Positions 1 to 8,300 of a stretch of DNA of 17,395 nucleotides are shown here, piece after piece; the stretch's first letter is position 1; every line of letters begins with the position of its first letter. A program made the position numbers and the translations under genes. The stretch comes from Bugula neritina (taxonomy: Eukaryota > Animalia > Bryozoa): contig CAXIUT010000008.1 of NCBI GenBank assembly GCA_964035545.1, positions 1 through 17,395 on the forward strand. The letters run 5' to 3'. A model generated the notes under the pieces. That model was not told the DNA's origin, made no database searches, and was given only the letters and a program-made list of their open reading frames with translations.

Positions 1-1786
1 TTTGCTCCTGCGCATAAATGGATTTTTGCTCAAAAGCTTTAGCCAGCGCGTAATTACCATCTAATTCTTTAGTTTTTATCTCTTTGAGTGTCCAGTAAGC
101 CCAACCTCCCCCCAAAAACGTCAACAAAATTGCAACGTAAAGCACATAAATCCAGCGCTGTTGTTGTCGAAGCAACTTGCCTCTGATTTCTGCTTTTTGC
201 TGTAACTCACGCTCTCGTTCCTGCTGTTCCAGTAATTCCTGTTTACGGCTAGCCTCATCGGCGCGGCGACTATCTTCCAGAAAACCAATCGCCTGTTCAA
301 ACCGGCCGGTATAACGTCGCGCCCATATGGCACCACTTTCAACCAAACCGACCTGCTGCTGCCAGTTCAGCGCACGCTGTAAATCTGCACCACGATACAA
401 GGTCGCTTTACCCTGCTGATGCAAGAGCGCAGTTTCAGTAAGACGTGCATAAACCTTGGCATGCTCCGCCTCTTCATCCACCCACTCACGCAATAACACC
501 CATTGCCGAATCAGGCTTTCATGTGAAATATCCACCAATGGATTGCCGGAATCCTGTTCATACAACACCAGAAAGGAACGGCCATCGCTCTGGAAGCAAC
601 GTATCACATCCAATACGTCTTCAGTACTCACCCCGGCAATACTGGCCACGCCATTCAGGTGCGCTGGCCGTCTAATCCGGCGATTGGCACTATCCACCGT
701 AGTTAAGGCCTGGAACAGTTTTTTGGCAATGAGCTGACCGTGTTCATCCAGCTCCGCCATCGCCTGATTCGCATGCTGATCTAACGAACGATGGATGGTT
801 CCGGCCTGTTCATAATGCTTTATATCCAGCGCCGAATCGGGGTACTCCGAACTATTACGCCAGACATTCCAGGTACGCATCAGCGCATGTTGCAACACCG
901 GCAAATCATCCCGGCTATGCATTTGCTCATTGAGCAATTTATCAATCAACCGCTGCGAAATTTGTGCGCCCGACAATAACACCGGCTTGGTAATCACATC
1001 CTGACGTTGTTGGCGGGTCAGCCGTGGCACCAGAAACTGGCTTTTATTAATCGCTTCCGGTAAACCATAAAACGCATCACAGTCACCCAGAAAATCTGAG
1101 CGCATGGTCAGGCAGATATACACAGGCATTGCATGGTTTAACAGGCCCAGCAGCAGCGAGACGAACTGTTCTGCCTCATGGTGCTGATTGACTTTTTCTT
1201 TGTTGTGACCAAAACGGAATAACTCTTCAAACTGGTCAACCAGAATAAACAGGCTGGTATCGTTCTCACCCTGATTCGCCAATACCGGCTCTAATAAGCG
1301 AATCAGCGCCTGTGGGCCTCGCGCCTGCATCGCCGTCAGTAACTGCTCAACGGATAAGGTATTATCCAACGCGGCTGACAATGCTGGTAATTGGGTATCC
1401 GTCGCCGCCTCTACCTCAACACTTGTTTCAGGATCCGTTTCAACGTCTGTTTCAATCTCAGTCTGAACACGCTCAGCATTGGTACGCAAAGTCGCTAACA
1501 CACTCTCCGCCAGGTTTTGTAGCGGTGACTCACCGGGCTTCAGGAGCGAAATTAACCAGCGATCCCGGTCTTGCGCCAGAAAACCGGCCTCCAGCTGTGG
1601 AATCAGGCCAGCCCGAATTAAGGACGACTTACCTGAACCGGAACTACCCACCACCGCCACAAAGCGGTTTTTATAAAGCTGCTGTAATAAGGTATTGGTT
1701 TGTTTGTCGCGACCAAAATAATACAGGCTATCCTGGCTTTCATAGGGTCGTAAGCCAACAAAAGGATTGTGCAAATCACTACTCAC
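1..1786 (-). CDS. nSTAND1-type STAND NTPase with coiled coil and transmembrane helix; 5' part only, runs off the left edge
   Basis: Not in the ORF track. Manual translation from GTG at 1786 (GAGGAA upstream) gives 595 codons with no stop: MSSDLHNPFVGLRPYESQDSLYYFGRD, Walker A GSSGSGKSSL (GSSGSGKS at 1625-1648), Walker B LFILVDQFEELF, TMRSDFLG, DLPVLQHALMRTW, VDISHESLIRQW, an E/Q/R-rich coil, then hydrophobic WIYVLYVAILLTFLGGGWAYW (92-154). Confidence 0.93.
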   Translation of the reverse strand, partial: MSSDLHNPFVGLRPYESQDSLYYFGRDKQTNTLLQQLYKNRFVAVVGSSGSGKSSLIRAGLIPQLEAGFLAQDRDRWLISLLKPGESPLQNLAESVLATLRTNAERVQTEIETDVETDPETSVEVEAATDTQLPALSAALDNTLSVEQLLTAMQARGPQALIRLLEPVLANQGENDTSLFILVDQFEELFRFGHNKEKVNQHHEAEQFVSLLLGLLNHAMPVYICLTMRSDFLGDCDAFYGLPEAINKSQFLVPRLTRQQRQDVITKPVLLSGAQISQRLIDKLLNEQMHSRDDLPVLQHALMRTWNVWRNSSEYPDSALDIKHYEQAGTIHRSLDQHANQAMAELDEHGQLIAKKLFQALTTVDSANRRIRRPAHLNGVASIAGVSTEDVLDVIRCFQSDGRSFLVLYEQDSGNPLVDISHESLIRQWVLLREWVDEEAEHAKVYARLTETALLHQQGKATLYRGADLQRALNWQQQVGLVESGAIWARRYTGRFEQAIGFLEDSRRADEASRKQELLEQQERERELQQKAEIRGKLLRQQQRWIYVLYVAILLTFLGGGWAYWTLKEIKTKELDGNYALAKAFEQKSIYAQEQ

Positions 1787-3271
1787 TTAAGCTATTTCCT
1801 CATTAAGCAGCGGGCTAATCACCTCAGGATCAATGGTTTTATGACACGGGTTTTCCAGACAATTCACCCGAAATAAAGGTGGAAAGCGCAACGTATCCCG
1901 TCCCTGGCTATTTGACAGGATGAGCACCCAGATATTTTTTAGCGCCGTTTCCGAATCCGTTAGCGTCATTTTAATTGCCTCCTGCACCCGGCTTTTAACC
2001 CATTGCGGCGCGACGTTACCAAACATAACGACTAAATGCTGGCTGTCACGAACCTTCTTCCTGAAACTTTCGATATTAGCCTCTGGCGCACCGGAATCCT
2101 GGCTAAACTGCACCTGTAAACCCTCCCGGAGTAATAGCGCGCCCAGCTCAAACGCAGGGAGTAAATCCTTCTGGTGGGTATCCAACAGGTAATTCGCGCT
2201 GCTGCCTTCGGTAGACTGCTGTGAATTTAATTCATCCAGTGTCTGACTAACCTGATCAATAAACGCCTGTTGCGAACTGCGCACAAAACGGAAACTATCC
2301 CCCTGACGTTTGCTGTTTTCCAGCGCATTAAGCCAGTCCGCCTGCGTGGTATCTTCGATGCTATTAAAATCTAAGGTATCCGGCACCCAGACTAAACTTG
2401 GATGGGACAGGGTTTTAGCGGTATCAGTTTGCGCACGCGGAAAGGTCGCACCCGCCTGGCCATCAATCGCCCGACCCCGGAATTGATCAAGCAGATGGAT
2501 ACTCAGCGAAGCCTGATCCAGTGTTGCCGATAAAGTCTGTTGATGCTCCGCTGCGGTATAAGGCGGTGGCAGGGATGGTAAAATCTCAGCCCGGTCACCA
2601 ATTTCATTGAGCAGACGTTCACGGAAAAAGCTTTGTGAATCCGCCGTATCCGCGAGAAAAACGCGAATACGCTCGTCCGCCGCCGTATCTTGTGGTTCCG
2701 CTACATCAGTGCCTGCTTCCTGCTGCGGCATTGCATCAAAGGTTACCGCTACCGCTTCGACCAAATCGCGGATTGCGGTCGCAAAAGCATTACTATTGGC
2801 TGCCAGTGGATAACCAAATGCATCTTCCTCACCATCGTGAAACACAAACCCACTATTGGGGGGAAAGCTGTCCGGCCATTCCCGGTAGTGGATGTTATTA
2901 ATCAGCACATTAAATAAACGCCCCTGATTACCCACCATAATGCCACCGGAGCGCTGTTGGTTATGATCAATAAACCATTTCAACTCCTGCGCGCAGTATT
3001 CGGAACGCTGGTATTTATGTGAATGAATAATCAGAAAGAGTGCTGAGTTTTCGATGGCATGTTTGATTTCAGTATCAAAATTGGTATTCCCGCGCAGCCC
3101 ATCTGTATCGACCCAGATTTTCAGACCATTCAAATTGCGCTTATTGGCCAGCCAGTTTTCCAGATAGTCATGAAACTGTGTAACCCAGCCCGGCTGCCCG
3201 GCGAACGGTGTATCATCATCATGCGCGTAGCTGATGAAAATATCATATTGATAAGCCGGTACGTATGCCAT
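1787..3271 (-). CDS. TIR domain protein with two additional TIR/DUF4062-like alpha/beta domains
   Basis: N-terminal YDIFISYAHDD...IWVD...SEYCAQELKWF is a TIR with the catalytic-position Glu. The middle segment (RVFLADTAD...LSIHLLDQFRG) and C-terminal segment (NYLLDTHQKD...HLVVMFGNVAPQWVKSRVQE) repeat the beta-alpha pattern; those two assignments are inference. Confidence 0.85.
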   Translation of the reverse strand: MAYVPAYQYDIFISYAHDDDTPFAGQPGWVTQFHDYLENWLANKRNLNGLKIWVDTDGLRGNTNFDTEIKHAIENSALFLIIHSHKYQRSEYCAQELKWFIDHNQQRSGGIMVGNQGRLFNVLINNIHYREWPDSFPPNSGFVFHDGEEDAFGYPLAANSNAFATAIRDLVEAVAVTFDAMPQQEAGTDVAEPQDTAADERIRVFLADTADSQSFFRERLLNEIGDRAEILPSLPPPYTAAEHQQTLSATLDQASLSIHLLDQFRGRAIDGQAGATFPRAQTDTAKTLSHPSLVWVPDTLDFNSIEDTTQADWLNALENSKRQGDSFRFVRSSQQAFIDQVSQTLDELNSQQSTEGSSANYLLDTHQKDLLPAFELGALLLREGLQVQFSQDSGAPEANIESFRKKVRDSQHLVVMFGNVAPQWVKSRVQEAIKMTLTDSETALKNIWVLILSNSQGRDTLRFPPLFRVNCLENPCHKTIDPEVISPLLNEEIA

Positions 3272-3445
3272 GCAGAACCCTTAAGATGGTGGAACTGATT
3301 TGGAGTATGCCGCCCTATTATAGTCATGCTAAACGATAAGGGATACCAAGATTCCCTCCTCAAGAAAATATAGATTGGATTGTGCCGCTGGGTTTACCAT
3401 TGAAGTGAGCGATGGAACTTTTTTTATGCGCCGATCTCAGCACAC

Positions 3446-3470
3446 AAAAAAACCGTCTTGCAAAAAACGG
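3446..3470 (-). terminator. Rho-independent terminator
   Basis: Minus strand reads CCGTTTT-TTGC-AAGACGG-TTTTTTT: a 7-bp stem with one G:U pair, a 4-nt loop and a U7 tail. Confidence 0.75.
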
Positions 3471-3539
3471 CTAAGCAGGCAAGTAGGGGGTAATGTAGTG
3501 TGGTTTGCCTGAGGATGTATAATTTTAATGTATTACTAT
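3446..3539 (-). ncRNA. Candidate FNR-activated small RNA, about 94 nt
   Basis: FNR box centred 41.5 nt upstream of 3539, TG-C-AATACT extended -10 (hexamer 3546-3551), internal CAGGCAA/TTGCCTG stem with a C-rich loop, intrinsic terminator, and no ATG in the unit. Confidence 0.55.
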
Positions 3540-3573
3540 CCGCAAAGTATTGCAGTTCTATCACAAAATGTAC

Positions 3574-3587
3574 TTGACCTAAGTCAA
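3574..3587. promoter_or_regulatory. FNR/ANR-type box
   Basis: TTGAC-CTAA-GTCAA has perfectly palindromic half-sites; the consensus is TTGAT-N4-ATCAA. Confidence 0.7.
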
Positions 3588-3821
3588 TTAATGTCATGGT
3601 TAACTCCGCTTCCTCACGGAAAATTTCCAGCATCATTGGGTGACCTGGTTGCCATCGGTGGCTTATGGAAAATAACAAAAGGGGTATGTCAGCAACTAAT
3701 TCCTGTCTGATATGATGTCAAAATGAACTCAAAACCAGACCAGCCCCATTCCTACAGCCACTGCTCACTGAGCAATATATGCTTACCGATGCCCCCCCCG
3801 TAGCGCATGTAAATCTTCGGC

Positions 3822-5219
3822 TTACACCGTACGCGAAAACCGGATAGTACTATGATCATCTGTTTTGGACTCTCGCAAGCGACGATCAAACACCATCGCA
3901 ACATTACGCAGAAAGAAACGCCCTTGCGCAGCAATACCAAAACCTTCCGCATCCATTAACACTAAACCATCCTGAATAAAATCCTGTAATGCTAACAATT
4001 CCGCTGCAAAATAAGCATGAAAGTCGATGTTGTATCGCTTGCTGACCTCATTAAAATTAACAGGCTGCTGGCACATAATGCGCTGAATAATATGTGCCCG
4101 CATCCGGTCATCCGCATCCAGGCTAATGCCCCGTTGCACTGGTAACAGGTTCTTATCCAGGCTGGAATAGTAGGTTCTCAACTGGCTGCTATTTTGTATA
4201 TAAGCATCACCAATCTGGCTAATCGCACTCACACCCAGGCCAATCTGGTCGCAATCGGCATGCGTTGCATAGCCCTGAAAACTGCGTTTCAACTGTTTGT
4301 TGTGGAGCGCTTTGGCGAGCGGATCACCGGGCAGGGCAAAATGATCCATCCCAATATGCACATAACCTTTAGCGCTCAAATACTGCTGGGTATCCTGTGT
4401 GATGGCTAGCCGTGTTTCCCGATCCGGTAAATCATGCTCATGAATCAGCTGTTGTGACCGAATACGCTGCGGCAAATAGGCAAAGTTATAAATCGCAATC
4501 CGATCCACGCCGGATGTCACCACCTGCTCCAACGTATCCGCAAATGACTCACGGGTTTGGTGCGGTAAACCGGAGATTAAATCCACCGATACCGACTTTA
4601 TGCTTTGTTCGCGTGCCGCTGTAATAACGGTATCTACCTGTTCCTGGCTTTGTATGCGGTTGATCGCAGTTTGTACATTATGATCATAATCCTGCACACC
4701 GATACTCATCCGGTTAAAACCCAGCTGAGCCAGCTCTTTAGTGCGCTGCGCATCGGTATAACGCGGATCAATTTCAATACTGACCTCCAGATCTTCCGGA
4801 TAGCTCAAATGAAAATGGCGGGCTATCACATCCAGTATTTCACGGAATTGTTCAGTAGTCAGATAGTTAGGCGTGCCGCCACCAAAATGAATTTGTGTCA
4901 CCAGTCGGTCACCCGCGAGATGGGGGCTGATCAGGCTAATTTCATGATAGAGATAATTCAGATAAGCCCGCGCCTTTTCCTTGCGCGTCGTCACTATTTT
5001 ATTACAGCCGCAGTAGTAACATAGGGAATGGCAAAACGGGATATGGATATACAGCGCAACCGGTCTGGGCAGTAACAAACTATTACTGTCTTCAATATGG
5101 TGCAGATAATCATCTATGGAAAACTCATCGCAGAATTCGGGTGCGGTGGGGTAAGAGGTATAGCGTGGCCCCTGTACATCGTATTTTTTCAATAATTCAG
5201 CATTGATGTTAAGAGACAT
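3822..5219 (-). CDS. hemN: Oxygen-independent coproporphyrinogen III oxidase (radical SAM)
   Basis: GPRYTSYPTA, LYIHIPFCHSLCYYCGC (CxxxCxxC), HFGGGTP, YVHIGMDHFA, GRFFLRNVAMVFD and C-terminal RFSRTV; 465 aa. Confidence 0.97.
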   Translation of the reverse strand: MSLNINAELLKKYDVQGPRYTSYPTAPEFCDEFSIDDYLHHIEDSNSLLLPRPVALYIHIPFCHSLCYYCGCNKIVTTRKEKARAYLNYLYHEISLISPHLAGDRLVTQIHFGGGTPNYLTTEQFREILDVIARHFHLSYPEDLEVSIEIDPRYTDAQRTKELAQLGFNRMSIGVQDYDHNVQTAINRIQSQEQVDTVITAAREQSIKSVSVDLISGLPHQTRESFADTLEQVVTSGVDRIAIYNFAYLPQRIRSQQLIHEHDLPDRETRLAITQDTQQYLSAKGYVHIGMDHFALPGDPLAKALHNKQLKRSFQGYATHADCDQIGLGVSAISQIGDAYIQNSSQLRTYYSSLDKNLLPVQRGISLDADDRMRAHIIQRIMCQQPVNFNEVSKRYNIDFHAYFAAELLALQDFIQDGLVLMDAEGFGIAAQGRFFLRNVAMVFDRRLRESKTDDHSTIRFSRTV

Positions 5220-5250
5220 GGCTTTTCCAGGTTAATGATTGGTGTGTTCC

Positions 5251-5292
5251 ATCATAATCAAGCGCAGTCATTACAAACTTGATCCAGGTCAA
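5251..5292 (-). promoter_or_regulatory. Class II FNR-dependent promoter of hemN
   Basis: TTGAT-CCAG-GTCAA at 5279-5292 and minus-strand -10 TATGAT at 5256-5251, which fits a box centred at -41.5 (predicted start near 5244). Confidence 0.85.
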
Positions 5293-5309
5293 AGGTTGCT
5301 AAAATAGCC
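5268..5309 (+). repeat. 42-bp imperfect direct repeat, copy A (left boundary of the insert)
   Basis: tcattacaaacttgatccaggtcaaaggttgctaaaatagcc matches 12099-12140 at 33/42 positions ungapped; the first 15 and last 8 nt are identical. Confidence 0.8.
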
Positions 5310-5313
5310 CTAT

Positions 5314-8300
5314 CTATCCCCCAGATACTTGAGCCGTTTCTGATACTTCTGACTGACAAGCTATCTCTGCACCAGGAAGATCCAACACGCCATACTGTTC
5401 ACATTCATCTCGGGTCAAAGGCTGTAATTCCTTCACAATTTCTCCAACCTCAGCGATACGTTCCCGCAGTGAACCGGGGAATATTTTCCAGACTCGTGCG
5501 GTGCCATCGGCTGAAGCCGTTACGACCTGTCTGCCATCCGGACTAATGTCCATATCGTGAATGGTTTTCTCATGGCCTTCATGGGTTGCCAGTAGTGCGC
5601 CGGTTTCCACGTCCCAGAGGCGCATGGTCTGATCATCAGAGATAGTGACGACCTGTTTTTCATCCGGGGTGAATTTGCCTTTTTTAACTGCGCCTAAATG
5701 GCCTTTGAGAGTGGCATGGAGTTTGAAGGTTTTAGCATCCCAAAGCATGCTGCGCTTGTCTTGAGAGGCGGTTACGATGTAGTTGCCTTGTTGGCTCCAT
5801 TGGGCATCGTTGACGAAGCCTTTGTGGGTATCGAGCGTTGCTAATAGTTCACCTGTGTTGGTATCCCAGATTTTGGCAGTGTGGTCTTCTGAGGCGGAGA
5901 GAATTTTACTGCCGTCGGGGCTGAAGCTGGCGGTGAAGATGGGGCCGGTGTGGCTGCTTAGGGTGTGTAGGGGTTTTCCGGTTTCGGCGTTCCAGATTTT
6001 GAGGGTGGTATCGTGGGAGGCGGTTAGGATTTTGCTGCCATCTGGGGTGAAGCTGGCTTGGGTGATAGAAGCGGTGTGTCCTTTGAAGGTGTGGATGAGT
6101 TTGCCGGTGGTTGTGTTCCAGAGTTTGGCAGTGGAGTCATTGGAGGCAGTTAGAGTTTGTTGGTCGTTGAAGGAGAAGGTGACTGTAGTTATGGTACTTT
6201 GATGGCCTTCTAGAGAGTTAATGAGTGTATTGTTTTCAGTATTCCAAATTTTTACAACTCCCTCCCAAAAGGTTACTAAAACCTTATTGTTTAATAAGAT
6301 TAATTTAATACTCGGCAGCTTTAGGTTGAAGGTGGTTTCCATTTTAATTTTTTTCAAATAAGAAAATTCAGAGTCATTTCTTATTTTATTTGTCTTAATT
6401 AGTGTTTTTGAGGTATGGCTTGGTTTTATATCCCAAATTTTTGCAGCCCCAGATTTTTCAGAAAAGTATTTTATCTCATGAGTTATTGCAGCGTTTGACT
6501 TGGGTGAAATTGTTAAGTCGCCAATCCGGCTTTTGTAATCGTTAGTAGTTCCGTATAGTGATGCTAGTTTTCTTGTGGGCTTGGTTTTCCAGTACTCTAT
6601 ATTGCCATGTTTATTAGAAATAAAAGCAAAATCCCCATTGCCGGAAACCTTAAATATATTGAGATCTCGGTTGATATTCACGGTTTTTCTTTCAATAGAA
6701 TTATTCTGCACAATTAGAAAGGCCACGCTATCTTTCCTGCTATTAATTCCTAGTATGAAGTTTTTTTCCTTACTTACTAAGAATGTTGCAATATCCTCGG
6801 CTATCTTATCAATCACTCCTGAGGATAGGTCTAGTTTTGCTAACCAAAGAGAGTCATGTATTCCAATTAATTGGTTTTCTTTAAAGAAAAAGAAAGGGCT
6901 ATAATAAGACTTTAAATTTTCTAAAGTCTCTTCTTTTTTATATTCAGAGCCAGAAAAAATTCTGGGCGACGAAAATAAATAAGACATTAGTAGTTCGCCA
7001 TTGTTGTTGAGTTCAATGTTGTTGAAAACTGCACCGCCATACTTTGAATAGGAGTCTGGCATATCTATAGTTTTAATTTTCCGGTTTTTATCAAGATCCC
7101 ATATGTCAACTCCAACATCAGGGTATCCTTTGCTATAAAAAAGTATTACTTTACCTTTCTCTATAGACTGAATTACCCCTGAGTATTTTTTGTCCTTGGT
7201 TTTGGGGATTTTAAATTTTTTGTATTTTTTAGTTTTTATATCATACAGGCCAAAGTGATTTTTTTTTGGCACGATAAGTAGGTCTTTTTTTGAATTAGAA
7301 AAAATGAATTCGTTTTCTTTTAGCTTGAAATCATCAATGATTGAAAAGTCTTTCGTAGACCATAATCGAGCAGTCTGATTTTCGTGATGAGTTAATAAAT
7401 AATCATCAGTTATGAATTTTGCAATATACTTTGTTGGTTCATGGTATTTAACTTCATTATTTTCTAACCCTGATCTCATTCCGCTGCTATTAAGCAGGCC
7501 AAATTTAGAAAGTACGGAGTCAATAGATATTATTTTTTCTGTTTTTTCTATTTTTTTTATATTTTTTATATTTTTAAATGAGTTTGTATCCCATGCTACC
7601 GCAGAGCCATCAAGGAATATTGTTAACGCAATGTCTCCGTTTGGGCTAAAAATAGTTTGATCATGTTCTTTTAAATTTTTAATTAATTGAATGCTCCGCT
7701 TGTATATACTACTGGTCGCTTCATGAGAGAGAGTATAATTAGAGCTTTCTCTGCTAGAAAATAAGGCAAGCCAAGCTAGTGCCATAGCCTTATCATCACC
7801 ACTACGCCTCCGAACATCTTTGGCAGCTAAGGCCAGACGCTGAGCAGTATTTTTGACGTTGGCTTGAGTTGCTCGCTCAGCCTCGTTCTCAGCCATCTGC
7901 CCATTAACAAACGCTAAATACCCAGCCCCACCCGCCCCAATCGCAAAAAACGCTAAAACCGCAGCTAACCCCCGCATCTTCCGCGAGGACTTCTTAGCCG
8001 CATCCGCCACCTTCTTCTCCGCCTCAGCAGCAGCCAACGCTGCTTCCTCCCGCGCCTTAGCCGCTTTCAACTCAGCTTGTTGCCGGGCTTCCTGCTCCGC
8101 CTTCTCCTCAGCAATCCGCCGAGCTTCCTCATCTATCGAAACCTGAATAAATGCCCGATCAACCTCCGCAATATTTTCCAGGCGTGTTTCCATAAACCCC
8201 TGAGCAATGGCTAATGAACGTCCCGTCAGTAAATCCCCTTCTTTACGTTCAAATAACTTCCGCGCCCGCCCAATCTGTTCACGCCATTCCAAAAAACCTC

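Noticed and set aside
121-1806. Short ORFs in the track (121-342, 445-675, 456-737, 791-979, 1312-1806, 1479-1676)
   Set aside because: All overlap the motif-rich minus-strand STAND gene (1786 to <1), either antisense or out of frame, and show no recognisable protein features.
3317-3322. Perfect minus-strand TATAAT about 45 nt upstream of the TIR gene
   Set aside because: Plausible -10, but there is no matching -35 at 17 bp (TATCCC) and no correctly placed extended TG, so it is too weak to call.
3424-3710. ORFs 3424-3678 (-) and 3528-3710 (+) in the hemN-TIR intergenic region
   Set aside because: No recognisable motifs or clear ribosome site. They run across the FNR box, and the minus ORF also crosses a terminator, so a non-coding reading fits better.
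5783-6202. Repetitive 139-aa plus-strand ORF
   Set aside because: Antisense shadow of the WD40 repeats; its periodicity mirrors theirs.
7259-7267. T9 tract (also T8 at 7551-7558) as a phase-variation switch
   Set aside because: Such runs are expected in very AT-rich, Lys-rich coding sequence, and the frame is intact.
5488-7760. Possible diversity-generating retroelement target or CRISPR-like array
   Set aside because: No reverse transcriptase, no template/variable repeat pair differing at adenines, and no identical repeats with spacers. The periodicity is explained by WD40 coding.
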